A stretch of 64,000 nt of DNA, from positions 1 to 64,000 of IMG/VR virus record IMGVR_UViG_3300031994_000047. One strand, given 5' to 3'. Both the position numbers and the translations under genes were made by a program. Below the pieces are notes generated by a model. It saw nothing but the letters and a program-made list of their open reading frames with translations. It did no database searches and had not been told where the DNA came from. This document shows positions 1 through 10,782 of the stretch, piece by piece; position 1 is the first letter of the stretch, and the number at the start of each line of letters is the position of its first letter. Origin of the DNA: a virus (taxonomy: Duplodnaviria > Caudoviricetes).

Positions 1-30
1 GGGAACCCCAACTCTATACTAAAATAAAGC

Positions 31-66
31 CTTAGAGTCTCTCACTTCAATCGGAAAGACTCTAAG
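31..66. terminator. Inverted repeat downstream of ligase, possible terminator
   Basis: cttagagtct (31-40) / agactctaag (57-66). Confidence 0.45.
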
Positions 67-85
67 ACCATTATTCTAACAAAAC

Positions 86-1180
86 TTACTTAAAAATTCT
101 ATACCAATCTGTATCATTTGGTGTAAGATCATCTCTAAACTGAACGAGTTTGGGATGTCTGATACCTCCAGTGTCCATTATCTGCATACCCGTAATCTCT
201 ATAACTTTTCCAAGATAGGCTCTCCAATTAGACAAAACTTCTTCTGTAATACCACTAAGTGATCCAATTTGTACCATTTGCCCATCTTTTTTCGCGCCGA
301 TAATCAAACTTCCTGCCCAGCCATTAAAATACGCTTTTGTTACTGGTTCAATCGGAAGTCCAGAAGTATGATCCATAAAATGCTCGCCAAGAATTTTTTC
401 TCCTGTCTTTGTATTTTCCCAATACTTCCAGGTCTCAATTTCCTTTCCGTTATATTCACGAGTCGGCGCATTTGCACCAATTATTACAACATCAAGGGTT
501 TCTTTTAATTCCTTCTTTATTTTTATACTTACGCGCGCTGGGGTGCGCTTAAAATAAACCGGAGCATCTTTTCGCATTATTACAACTCCTTCGCGCCCAT
601 TAGCAAGATAAGATTGAAGATTTGACCACAATTCTTCTCCTTCAAAATATTGCGCGAAAGATACAAAATCAGATTTAAAAATAGAAAGAGTTTTTAAATA
701 TTTTACTCGATCTACAAAAGGAACTTTTGTAAGATTTTGTCCATCATATGCCATTACATCAAATATATAAAAATGAAGTGGTGTTTTCTCTTGGCGTGCG
801 ATAGCCTTCTCTTTAAGGCAGCCAAGAATCGAAGTTATGTTCTTACTACCTTCATTTCCAGGAAGATAACATTCAGAAAGCACACAAGTCCCATTTGGAA
901 GCAAATCCATCCATTCTTTTACTTGTGGCGCCCAATCAATTTTGTTCACAATTTCTCCATTAACATTACGACTGCGCGCGATCATAAAACAATTTCCATC
1001 TTCATCTTTCAATAATCTTTCGTAATATCCATCGACTTTCATGCTCCCTATATAGTCGCCGCTAAATATTGCGTCTTTTACTGTTTTCTGTCTTGTTTCA
1101 AGACTTATAGATGATCCAAAAGACCAATACTTCATAGCTTCTGCTTCTTTCCAGTCAAAACCGTTAATATATCCTTCCAT
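86..1180 (-). CDS. ATP-dependent DNA ligase
   Basis: KVDG adenylation motif (KxDG), EGVVIM motif IV, IRHPK C-terminal OB motif; AAGGAAGG RBS; no in-frame TAG. Confidence 0.9.
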   Translation of the reverse strand: MEGYINGFDWKEAEAMKYWSFGSSISLETRQKTVKDAIFSGDYIGSMKVDGYYERLLKDEDGNCFMIARSRNVNGEIVNKIDWAPQVKEWMDLLPNGTCVLSECYLPGNEGSKNITSILGCLKEKAIARQEKTPLHFYIFDVMAYDGQNLTKVPFVDRVKYLKTLSIFKSDFVSFAQYFEGEELWSNLQSYLANGREGVVIMRKDAPVYFKRTPARVSIKIKKELKETLDVVIIGANAPTREYNGKEIETWKYWENTKTGEKILGEHFMDHTSGLPIEPVTKAYFNGWAGSLIIGAKKDGQMVQIGSLSGITEEVLSNWRAYLGKVIEITGMQIMDTGGIRHPKLVQFRDDLTPNDTDWYRIFK

Positions 1181-1211
1181 ACAATTCTACCTTCCTTTTC
1201 TTTCTATATAT

Positions 1212-1292
1212 AGTATATCACAAATTCAAATAATTTTCAAATTCTAAAAGCTAAAATTAAAATTTGAAATTTAGTATAAATTCTGTTATAAT
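1212..1292. promoter_or_regulatory. Divergent sigmaA-like promoters for ligase (-) and replication operon (+)
   Basis: + strand TTGAAA(1264)-17-TATAAT(1287); - strand TTGAAA(1240)-17-TATACT(1217). Confidence 0.75.
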
Positions 1293-1323
1293 ATATATAG
1301 ATTTAAAAGGAGAAATATTATAA

Positions 1324-2253
1324 ATGGAAATATTCATATTATTATCTATTATAGGAATTATAGGAATTATAGTTCTTTTTAAATAGAATAAGGATTTAAA
1401 AGAAAAATATAATTTACTTTCTTAGAACAAAATTCAAGATATGTCAGAAGAAAGTATAAGACTTAGAAATGAAATTCAACATCTTTCAAATGAAATAAAA
1501 GAAAAACAAAATTTTAATTCATCTCTTAAAAAGATAAGAGAAGAAGAATTAGATCGACTTCTAGCCGAACAAAAAGAATTTAAAAAGAATCAAATTGAAG
1601 AAGAAATATGTGAATGGACAGAAAGCGCGCAAGAGGCGGCAACGGCGCAAATAGAACACTTAAAATCAAAAATGTGCCAAGAAATTGAATCTCAAAAAAT
1701 AGACCTCTCAGAATTAAAAACTCTTATAGAAGAATATAAGGCACAAAGAGATGTCATAAATGAAGAAATTCTACGTTCGCGCGCGATGGAATCCCAACAA
1801 GACTTTTATCGAGTCCAATTTGACGCAGAGACTCTCGGTGATATTGAAATACTGAATTCTGTGCGTCCAAGGCTTCAAAAATTTGAACTTTTTAATAAAT
1901 TTTTATATAGTAATTATATATCAAAGCCCACGAAAGAAATGGTAAAACGAGTTCTTGCTGGGCGCAATCCAAGTGGGATCTATAAAGTTACGAATATAGA
2001 CACAAAAGAAATTTATATTGGAAAAAGTGTTACGGTCGCTACAAGGTTTGAGAATCATATAAAAAGTGCGTATGGCTTGGAGGGAGTCGCTGACTCTCAA
2101 TTTTAGCGCGCCCTTAAAAAGTATGGAGTAGATCATTTTACCTGGGAACTTTTAGAAGAAGTTCCGAAGGATAAACTCGGAGAGAAAGAAAAATATTGGA
2201 TACAATTCTATGGAACTAAAGAATATGGATATAATATGAAAGAAGGTGGCTAA
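1324..2253 (+). CDS. GIY-YIG nuclease domain protein with N-terminal TM helix and coiled coil (TAG=Gln)
   Basis: MEIFILLSIIGIIGIIVLF TM segment, E/K/Q-rich coil, GIYKVTN..IYIGKS and YGYNMKEGG motifs; joined through 3 TAGs. Confidence 0.8.
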
Positions 2254-3302
2254 TGGAACTCTCAATATTACAGAAAAACATCATAAGCGCGCCATATGAT
2301 AAGATTGTTGTAAAGTCTTGCGCTGGATCTGGTAAGACTACAATTCTAACCGAAAAAGTTCGCTAGATCTTGCGCGCGGGTGCTGACCCAACGAAGATTG
2401 CTGTTATTACTTTTACGAATTTAGCAGCAGAGACTTTGCGTGATAGACTCGGCGCAGATTATCCTAAAGGACTATTTGTTGGAACAATTCACGCACTTGC
2501 GAATTTGTTGCTTGTGCGCGCAGGCATAAAAACAGAGAAAGTCTTAAAGCAAGAGAGATTTGATGAATTATTTCAAATGGTAGAAGAAAATCCATAGTGC
2601 TTGCGTCATTATGACTGGGTTTTATTAGATGAAGCATAGGACGCAGATGAACACCAATATTTCTTTTTATTTGAAATGTTGAATCCGACTTATTTTTTTG
2701 TAGTAGGAGATCCACGCCAAACAATCTACCAATTTCGCGGTTGTAGTTATCAATATATGCAAACGCTTAGTAGAAAATCAGGCGTCAAACTTTTTTCTCT
2801 TAATGAGAATTATAGAAATGGATCCAATATCCTAAATTTCGCGCGCCGTATTATTGTTAAAACTGGACTTACAGATGATTCAATCCCAATTAGAGAGATT
2901 AGTGGTTTTGTCCACGAAGAGCCACTTTCATATAAATTTATTTTAGATGAGGTAGTTGGTGCATATCCCTGTTACAATAATTGCGCGGTCTTATGTCGGA
3001 CAAATGCCTAGCTCGACGATCTTGCAGCGATTTTTGCTTCTCAAAAGATTCCATATGAATCTTTTAAACAAGGAGATTTGACCGCGCAAGAATTAAAAGA
3101 CAAAATGGCAAATAACACAATAAAACTTTTAACAATTCATTCCTCAAAAGGACTTGAATGGAAAAAAGTTATAGTGGTCGGCGCGCGAATGTATAATGAT
3201 GATGAGTGTAATGTTGCATATGTCGCCGCAACACGCGCGCGAGATAAATTAATTTGGATGCGTCCGCGCGCGAGACAGAAAAAGAAAGATTTTGGATTTT
3301 AA
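2253..3302 (+). CDS. UvrD/Rep-family SF1 helicase (TAG=Gln)
   Basis: AGSGKT, TFTNLAA, DEA(TAG)D=DEAQD, VGDPRQTIY, RTNA(TAG), TIHSSKGLE, YVAATRAR motifs. Confidence 0.92.
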
Positions 3303-3354
3303 AACTTGAAATTTTAAAGTTTTTATGTTATAATAAAAGAAAAAGGAGAATAAA

Positions 3355-3576
3355 ATGCTAGTAAGATTATGCGATCGTTGTGGTCGAGAAACAAAACAAA
3401 ATACTCCATATCTATATTGTTTGGGTGAAAGCGAGAGCTCTTTAAAATCAATTAATGGTGAGTATTATTTTCCTTTATATTTTTGTAATAATTGCATAAA
3501 TGAATTTGAAACAGACTTTCGTCATGACCATCCAATGTTTAACAATAGATTGATAAAGGAAGATGAAATAAAATGA
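3355..3576 (+). CDS. Small Cys-rich (CxxC..CxxC) hypothetical protein
   Basis: RBS AAGGAG; promoter TTGAAA(3306)-17-TATAAT upstream. Confidence 0.7.
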   Translation: MLVRLCDRCGRETKQNTPYLYCLGESESSLKSINGEYYFPLYFCNNCINEFETDFRHDHPMFNNRLIKEDEIK

Positions 3577-5420
3577 TAAAAGATTATGGCATTAATGACA
3601 TAAAATCATTGGATTTCCGCGAAGGTGTACGCACTCGAATACAAATGTATCTTGGGAGTGACGATAACGAAGGAACATACCAAGCATTAAAAGAAATTAT
3701 AAACAACTCAACAGATGAAGCTATTGCTGGTTTCGGGCAAAAGATTGAAATTCAAGTATCAGAAAAAGAAAATGAAATCTCAGTTCGTGACTATGGTCGT
3801 GGTGTCCCATTCGGTATCCGTGAAGATGGAGAAAATGTATTGGTCTCAATTTATTCACGATCTCATACTGGTGGAAAATTTGAAGAAGGCGCATATAAAA
3901 ACTCGTCGGGGCTTAATGGTATTGGAGCCAAATGTGTTTGCCTTAGCTCTAAATATTTTGAAGTATTTTCATATCGAGATAAAAAATATGCTCATGCTAT
4001 TTTTAATAAAGGAGTTCTCGAAGGCTATGATTCAGGTGAATCAAATGCTCCAAACGGAACTTGGGTAAAATTTAGTCCAGATCCTACTGTATTTAAGAAT
4101 GGAGAAATTGGTTATTCATTTGATCGAATTTGCAATGATATTCATGATATATCTTATCTTTACACTGGTATAACATTTAGTATTATAAATATAGACACAG
4201 GAAATAAAACTTCTTATTGCGCTAAAAATGGAATAGTGGATTTCATTAAAGATAATAATAAAAACCCCTTACATAAACATATTATAACAGGTTCCGCGCA
4301 AGATGAAACAGATAAAATTGAAATTGCTTTTCAATGGGGCGATGGGAAAGAATCAGAATATGTTTTTGTTAATGGGTTGAGATGTCCTGAGGGAGGAAGT
4401 CCAATCACTGGTGCAAAGAGTGCCATAACACGAACTTTTAATTCATTATCTGGACAGAAATTTGATGGTGATAGTATTAGAGATGGACTATTTTATGTTA
4501 TAAATTGTTCTGTAGCACAACCATCTTTTGCAAATCAAACAAAATCAAAAATCAATAATGCAAATCTACGCACACTCGCTTCTAATGCTTTTTCAGATGC
4601 TTTAAAACAGATGAAAGCAAAATATGGAGATGAGTTTGATTCTATTGTTGAAATGCTAAAAAAAGTAGCTCGCGCAGAAGCCGCCGCAGAACGCGCGCGC
4701 CAACAAGTTCTTAATAATGAAAAAGAACAAACTCGCGCGCAAAAAGCAAAAATTTTAAATGTAGATAAATTGGCAGACGCGCGTGAATTAGGCGAAAATA
4801 GTACCTTAATTCTTTGCGAGGGCTTATCTGCTGGTGGATCTATGAAAATCGGACGCGACATTAATAAATATGGAATCTTAATGCTTCGTGGAAAGTGTAA
4901 GAACCTATTGAATTGCACGATTGAAGAAGGGCTTCAAAACGAAGAAGTTAAGCTCTTCCAGCAAGCACTTGGAGTTATTTATGGAAAAGTAACAAAAAAT
5001 CTTCGCTATGGAAAAATCGCAATAGCATCCGATTCAGATTTTGACGGGAGCCATATAGGACTCTTAATTCTTGCGATGTCTCAAGTTATTTGTCCTTCAG
5101 TTCTCACAGAAAATCGCCTATTCTGGTTGCGTGCACCCATATATAAGGTAGAAACGAAATCTAAGAAATATTTTTATTATACAGAAGATGAATTTAAATC
5201 ACATCCAAGTGGAACCATTACAAAATACAAAGGCTTGGGACAAATGGATGATGACGACCTAAAAAGTTCAATGTTTAGTCCCGAATGGCAAAAACTTGAG
5301 CCAATTACATTTTCTGAAGAAGGACTCGAACTCCTTATAAACTTAATGGGAAAAAATATTGACTATCGAAAAGAATTTGTGTATAATTATATTGATTTTA
5401 GTAAGTTTGTAATAGAATAA
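3573..5420 (+). CDS. gyrB: Type IIA topoisomerase subunit B (GyrB/ParE-like)
   Basis: EIINNSTDE, DYGRGVP, GLNGIGAK ATPase motifs; EGLSA, LRGK, DSDFDG TOPRIM; YKGLG. Confidence 0.93.
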   Translation: MIKDYGINDIKSLDFREGVRTRIQMYLGSDDNEGTYQALKEIINNSTDEAIAGFGQKIEIQVSEKENEISVRDYGRGVPFGIREDGENVLVSIYSRSHTGGKFEEGAYKNSSGLNGIGAKCVCLSSKYFEVFSYRDKKYAHAIFNKGVLEGYDSGESNAPNGTWVKFSPDPTVFKNGEIGYSFDRICNDIHDISYLYTGITFSIINIDTGNKTSYCAKNGIVDFIKDNNKNPLHKHIITGSAQDETDKIEIAFQWGDGKESEYVFVNGLRCPEGGSPITGAKSAITRTFNSLSGQKFDGDSIRDGLFYVINCSVAQPSFANQTKSKINNANLRTLASNAFSDALKQMKAKYGDEFDSIVEMLKKVARAEAAAERARQQVLNNEKEQTRAQKAKILNVDKLADARELGENSTLILCEGLSAGGSMKIGRDINKYGILMLRGKCKNLLNCTIEEGLQNEEVKLFQQALGVIYGKVTKNLRYGKIAIASDSDFDGSHIGLLILAMSQVICPSVLTENRLFWLRAPIYKVETKSKKYFYYTEDEFKSHPSGTITKYKGLGQMDDDDLKSSMFSPEWQKLEPITFSEEGLELLINLMGKNIDYRKEFVYNYIDFSKFVIE

Positions 5421-5429
5421 GGTGAAGAA

Positions 5430-7769
5430 ATGTCAGATTTAAAACAAATAGTTAGTGAAAACTTCGCGCGCTACGCTGGGAATGTAATACTCGATCGTGC
5501 TATCTGTGATGCGCGCGACCTTTTAAAGCCTTCTGCACGTATGTTAATGTATTCTCAATTACACATAACAAAGAATATTCCATCTAAGCCTTTTGTAAAA
5601 AGCGCGCGAGTCGTTGGTGATTGTCTTGGGCGCTATTATACGCACGGTGATGGAAGCTGTTATGCAACCTATATGAGAATGGCAAAGCCTTTTGCTATGC
5701 GATACCCCCTTGAAGATTGTCAAGGAAATAGTGGAACAATTACAGAAACTGGCGATGAAGCAGCATCCCGTTATACAGAACTTCGCCTAAGCAAACTTGG
5801 CGCGCGCCTTTTTGAGGATATAGAGAAAGAAATCATAACCGAATGGTCAGATAACTTTGATGAAACAGAAACTTATCCAAAAGTTTTAGGATCAAAAGGA
5901 TACTATAATATATGTAATGGATCACAAGGAATCGGTGTGTCTTTAAGTGCGAGCATTCCTCAGTTCAATCTAAAAGATATAAACGAAGCGATGATAAAAC
6001 TTATAAATGATCCTAGTGCAGATATAGATATTTTGCCTGACTTTGCAACGGGCGCGCTATTAATTAATGCCGATCAAGTTCGAGAATCTCTAAAGAATGG
6101 CACTGGCTTCGCTTGTAAATTAAGAAGTGTGGTGGAGTTTGATCCTAAACAAAAAGCCTTTATCGTAAAAGAACTTCCATATGGTGTTTATACAAATACA
6201 ATTTCGGGAGAAATCCAAAAGTTGGTAGAAGCCGATCCCGAATGCGGAGTTGACCACATTAATGATGGATCTGGTAAAACTCCAGATTATGTAATCTATC
6301 TAACAAAGAAAGCCAATCCCGATAAAGTTCTTAAATTGTTGTATAAAGAGACTTCATTACAGTCATTCTTTTCCATTAATATGAATGTGCTGGTTGATGG
6401 CGGGCGCAGACCACAGACTCTTGGATTGCGTGAAATGCTTATCGCGCATATAGATCACGAAAAGATTGTATATCGTCGTGGTTTTGAATTCGATCTTCGC
6501 AAGATTCTCGCGCGCCTTCATATAATCGAAGGCTTGATGAAAGCCTATGATATGATCGATGAAGTCGTGCAGACAATTAAATCTTCTGCTTCAACTGCGG
6601 CGGCTTCTATTGCACTTCAAAAGCTCCTAACAATTGATGAAGTCCAGGCAAAAGCAATTCTCGATCTTAAACTCTCAAAGCTCTCAAAGCTTGATATTTC
6701 AAAATTGCGCGATGAGGCAAACGATCTTGAACAAAAGCGCATACACATAACCCAAATTCTCGAAAGCGAGGAACTATTCAACAATGAACTCATTAAAGGA
6801 TGGAGAGAAGTTGCTGAAACTTTTGGAGACGCTCGGCGCACCAAAATTCTCAATCTATCAGAAGATGCTGATAATGAAACTATTGAAGAAAAGCAACTCT
6901 CAATCTCTTTTAATAATGCCGCGGCATTATGGGCAACTACAACTTCAACGCTATATCGAAATAGTAGAAACTCTGTGGGGTCAAAATTCAAACTCAAAAA
7001 AGGCGAATATATCATAAACAATCTCGTCTGTAAGAATACTGATACGCTTTTGATCTTTACTTCGCGTGGAAACTTCTATCACATTCGCGCGCGAGACATC
7101 AACCTTGATGAATTAGTCTATCTTAGTGCTATATGTCCTATCACAGAAAATGAGAAGATTGTAGCAGTTACAAGTCTCTCAAAAGAAAACCCATATAAAT
7201 ACATATGTTTTATTACAAAGAATGGAATCCTAAAGAAATCTTCAATAGAAGAATATAACTTGTCTCGTAATGTCGGCGCCGCCGCTTTAAAACTTGATGA
7301 AAATGATGAAATAAAATCTGTTCTATTCTTGAATAATGAGAAAATAGGAATTGCAACAAAAAACAGTAACTTTATTATAATAGAAACAGAGGATATTCGT
7401 TCTATCGGAAGGGTCGCGCGCGGAGTTCAGGGCATAAAGTTGAATCCTGGCGATAGTGTTGTTTGCGCCAATCGCCTCGATCCAAATGCGCGAGCCATTA
7501 TATCTGTAACGGAAGACGGGTATATTAAGTCTTCTCCTATAGATGAAATAAAAGTTACAGGGCGCGCAACAAAGGGTCGGCGCATACAAAATACAGATTG
7601 TCTCCAAGATTTTATCTTTGTGTATAACTCAAATGATCTATTGATTACATCAGAAACGTCCCAACTTAGACTACGCCAAAGCGAAGTACCAGAACTCTCG
7701 CTTAGCGCGCAAGGCGTGAAATCTTTAAAATTAAAAGATTCAAAAATTTTAAAATTAGAAACGGTTTAA
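5430..7769 (+). CDS. gyrA: Type IIA topoisomerase subunit A (GyrA/ParC-like)
   Basis: KSARVVGD, HGD, AASRYTE active-site Tyr, C-terminal beta-pinwheel repeats (GRVARGVQGIKL). Confidence 0.93.
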   Translation: MSDLKQIVSENFARYAGNVILDRAICDARDLLKPSARMLMYSQLHITKNIPSKPFVKSARVVGDCLGRYYTHGDGSCYATYMRMAKPFAMRYPLEDCQGNSGTITETGDEAASRYTELRLSKLGARLFEDIEKEIITEWSDNFDETETYPKVLGSKGYYNICNGSQGIGVSLSASIPQFNLKDINEAMIKLINDPSADIDILPDFATGALLINADQVRESLKNGTGFACKLRSVVEFDPKQKAFIVKELPYGVYTNTISGEIQKLVEADPECGVDHINDGSGKTPDYVIYLTKKANPDKVLKLLYKETSLQSFFSINMNVLVDGGRRPQTLGLREMLIAHIDHEKIVYRRGFEFDLRKILARLHIIEGLMKAYDMIDEVVQTIKSSASTAAASIALQKLLTIDEVQAKAILDLKLSKLSKLDISKLRDEANDLEQKRIHITQILESEELFNNELIKGWREVAETFGDARRTKILNLSEDADNETIEEKQLSISFNNAAALWATTTSTLYRNSRNSVGSKFKLKKGEYIINNLVCKNTDTLLIFTSRGNFYHIRARDINLDELVYLSAICPITENEKIVAVTSLSKENPYKYICFITKNGILKKSSIEEYNLSRNVGAAALKLDENDEIKSVLFLNNEKIGIATKNSNFIIIETEDIRSIGRVARGVQGIKLNPGDSVVCANRLDPNARAIISVTEDGYIKSSPIDEIKVTGRATKGRRIQNTDCLQDFIFVYNSNDLLITSETSQLRLRQSEVPELSLSAQGVKSLKLKDSKILKLETV

Positions 7770-7772
7770 AAT

Positions 7773-7801
7773 TTGAAAATATCAGAAATTTCTGATATAA
7801 T
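7773..7801 (+). promoter_or_regulatory. Promoter with perfect 20-bp palindrome in its spacer
   Basis: TTGAAA(7773)-17-TATAAT(7796); atatcagaaatttctgatat at 7779-7798. Confidence 0.7.
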
Positions 7802-7897
7802 ATATTCAGAAAGTTAAGAAAGGCTTTCGACCAAGCCGCCTTGGGAATAAAAACTATAAAAAATAAATTTAAATGCGGCGGACAAAAGGAGATTAGA

Positions 7898-8158
7898 ATG
7901 AAGCTTAAGGAAAAGACTTATGAAGTGTTTATGTATGTGAAGAATCATGGCGGTAAGTGCAAGACCACTGAGATCCAGGCAGGTCTTGGTCTAGAGAAGA
8001 TTGCTAGTGTTACCGGTTGCGTGAACTCTCTTGTGAAGAACGAGCTTGCTATCAGAGAGGATGGCGGCAAGACTGAGGACGGCAAGAAGATCACTTATGT
8101 TGTTCTTACTGAGGCTGGTCAGAACTTTGTTCAGGAAGAGGATACCGACGCTGAGTAA
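7898..8158 (+). CDS. Small winged-helix DNA-binding protein
   Basis: ATG 7898 after AAGGAG; HTH-like pattern and VVLTEAG wing motif (MarR-like). Confidence 0.65.
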   Translation: MKLKEKTYEVFMYVKNHGGKCKTTEIQAGLGLEKIASVTGCVNSLVKNELAIREDGGKTEDGKKITYVVLTEAGQNFVQEEDTDAE

Positions 8159-8168
8159 GTCGAATAAA

Positions 8169-8192
8169 GAGAGGGGAGATTTCTCCCCTCTC
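8169..8192 (+). terminator. Stem-loop after wHTH gene
   Basis: gagaggggag-attt-ctcccctctc. Confidence 0.6.
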
Positions 8193-8233
8193 ATCTAATA
8201 CCCACTTAACACAATACAAAAAGGAGAAATAAA

Positions 8234-9163
8234 ATGTTTAGAAAGGCACAGAATACTGTACGAATTGAAGGAATACTTGCTGAAGTTGATTTGAGAAATG
8301 TATCTTATTCGAATAAGGTGGGTGGCACAACTGAAGCTATCGCGGGCACTATTAAGGTTCTTGTTGACCAACCTATTGATGGAAAACTTATGAATCTTGA
8401 GATTCCTGTCGATGTTTTTGCAATCAAGTATAAGAATAACGGCGATTTGAATCCCGTTTATGAATCCATTGAAAAGTTGAAGACTGATTATGTTTCTATT
8501 GCGGCTTGCGGTAATAAGGAACAGGCAGATAAGATTAGAATCACTAATGCTTCGTTTAGAAAGAACGAATTTTATAACCAAAATGGCGAGTTGAAGTCAA
8601 CTCCTCGTGTAAATGCTAGTTTCTTCTCAAAGGTAACTGGTGAGTTTAATCCCGAAGCAACTTTCACAGTTGAACTTTTTGTTTCTAGCATTGCGCGCGA
8701 AGTCGATGCAGATGGAGTTGAGCTTGATCCCGCTCGTTTGAAGGTGCAGGCTGTTGTTCCTCTCTACACAAGAGAAGACGCAAATGCGCTTAACATTGAT
8801 TTGTTTGACTTTGTCGCTACCAATCCTAATGTTATTAATGCTATTGAATCTCATTGGGAAGCTGGAAAGGCTTATAAGGCAAACGGTAAGCTTTGCTTCA
8901 CTTCTAAGACTGAGAAGATCACTGATGCAGTTGACTTTGGTGAGTCAAGAGAACGCGTAAGAACTATTAGTGTTCATGATATAATGATTACTGGTGGTTC
9001 TGAAACTCCTCTTGATGAGGAAGAGTCTTGGACTATTGATGAGATTAAAGCTGGTGTTGCCGCGCGCAAGGCTAGACTCGAAGCTCTAAAGAATAAGTCT
9101 AAGAAAACAGCAGAGACCTCTACTGCGGCAGTCGATAAGAAGAAAGCCGATCTCGGATTTTAA
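8234..9163 (+). CDS. Probable ssDNA-binding (OB-fold) protein
   Basis: NTVRIEGIL SSB-like N-terminus, DLGF C-terminal tail, position next to recombination ATPase. Confidence 0.5.
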   Translation: MFRKAQNTVRIEGILAEVDLRNVSYSNKVGGTTEAIAGTIKVLVDQPIDGKLMNLEIPVDVFAIKYKNNGDLNPVYESIEKLKTDYVSIAACGNKEQADKIRITNASFRKNEFYNQNGELKSTPRVNASFFSKVTGEFNPEATFTVELFVSSIAREVDADGVELDPARLKVQAVVPLYTREDANALNIDLFDFVATNPNVINAIESHWEAGKAYKANGKLCFTSKTEKITDAVDFGESRERVRTISVHDIMITGGSETPLDEEESWTIDEIKAGVAARKARLEALKNKSKKTAETSTAAVDKKKADLGF

Positions 9164-9176
9164 GAGGTGAGAGCTA

Positions 9177-10169
9177 ATGGCAGTAGATATCTTTAACATC
9201 CAAGAAAACACCATTAGCCGCGATCTGAAAGGAAGATTTCTTTGTATCTATGGTGCAGAGAAAGTCGGGAAGTCTACATTCGGTGCTAGACTTCCCCGTC
9301 CTCTTTTTTGTAATTTCGAGGTTGGAACCAACTATCTCCCCGTTAAACCTGTAAATATTGATAAGTGGTCAACCTTTAAACAAGTATTACGCCAACTTGC
9401 TGATCCGCGCGCGAAAGAAATGTACGACACAGTTGTAATAGATACTGTATCGGAAGCTTGGTCAGCTTGTGAGAAATTCATTTGTACTCAAAATGGTGTA
9501 CAAAAGCTTGGAGACATTCCTTGGGGTCAAGGCTATAGTGGATGTAAAACAGAGTTTGAAAGTGCTTTAAGATCAATTACAATGTTAGGATTTGGGTTAT
9601 GTTGTATCTGTCACGCAGAAAAGAAGAATATCCCTGGTCCTAATGACACAGTAATTGAAACAGTTCAACCAGCAATGCCTTCGCGCGCGGCAGATATTGT
9701 TAATCGTATGGTCGATATAATTGCATATATAGATCAACGCTTTGATGAAAATGGTGAAAGCGTAAGAAGATTTATTACTAGAAGATCTCCAAGAGTTCTT
9801 GCTGGTAGTAGACTTCCATATCTTGATCCAGTAATTCCTTTCTCTTATGAAGATTTAATCGCCGCAATCGGGCGCGCGATAGATAAACAAGAAGAGATAG
9901 ATAAAATTAAAGTTGTCGATCACAAAGAGACGACACCAGTTGAATCTCTTTCCTTTACTGCTGTTCGTAACGAAGCGCGCGAACTATGGACAAAACTTGT
10001 TGGCGAAGGCGAAAACGCCGACGAAGAAATGGCAAAACGAATTATGAAACGAATTGAAATGATTTTCGGACGACAAATGAAACTCTCAGAGATTACAGAG
10101 GATTAGACCGATTTGTTTAATCTCGTAGTTCTCGAAATGAAAGATCTCTTAGCGGAAAAGGCAGTTTAA
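9177..10169 (+). CDS. AAA_24/Sak4-like phage recombination ATPase (TAG=Gln)
   Basis: GAEKVGKS Walker A, VVIDT Walker B, WGQGY; extends through TAG 10104 to TAA 10169. Confidence 0.8.
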
Positions 10170-10186
10170 ACTGCCTTTTCTTTTTC
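10155..10186 (+). terminator. Rho-independent terminator
   Basis: gaaaaggcagtt-ta-aactgccttttc followed by T-run. Confidence 0.75.
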
Positions 10187-10243
10187 TAATTTGAAATTTT
10201 TTCAAATTTGTGGTATAATATAATTATAGAAAGGAGAATATAA

Positions 10244-10774
10244 ATGCCTCATATAATTATGTGCCGTTTATGTAAACAACGATTTGATACAGAAAAAGAA
10301 CCTTTTGTAATAGTAGGAAAGCAATCTTACTATCACAAGGAATGTTATGATACCTGGGTTACAAATAGAAACGATGCCAATGCAGTTGAGACTGAAGATT
10401 TCTGGTATGAAAGTATGATAGATTATTTGTATAGAGATGTTCATTTGCAAATGGACTTCCAAAAAATAGAATCTCAGTGGAATAACTTCATAAAACCAGA
10501 TAGAAAGATGACACCAAAGGGCATATATTTTGCATTGAAATATTTTTATGAAATTCAAAAAGGTGATAAATCTAAAGCCCTTGGTGGTATTGGCATTGTA
10601 ACATCTATTTATAACGAATCTGCTAAATATTGGACAGAACTCGAAATAAAGAAAACTGGAACTATCGAAGCAATTATAGAGCAAATTAGAGCTCGTGATG
10701 CGCGCCCTGTCTCTACAATTATAAGACAATCGCGCAAAAAGAAAAAAGAACAATGGTCTATAGATAATGTGTGA
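10244..10774 (+). CDS. Zn-finger (CxxC..HxxC) hypothetical, possible helicase loader/replication accessory
   Basis: Promoter TTGAAA(10191)-17-TATAAT, RBS, directly upstream of helicase. Confidence 0.6.
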   Translation: MPHIIMCRLCKQRFDTEKEPFVIVGKQSYYHKECYDTWVTNRNDANAVETEDFWYESMIDYLYRDVHLQMDFQKIESQWNNFIKPDRKMTPKGIYFALKYFYEIQKGDKSKALGGIGIVTSIYNESAKYWTELEIKKTGTIEAIIEQIRARDARPVSTIIRQSRKKKKEQWSIDNV

Positions 10775-10782
10775 GGTGAGAA

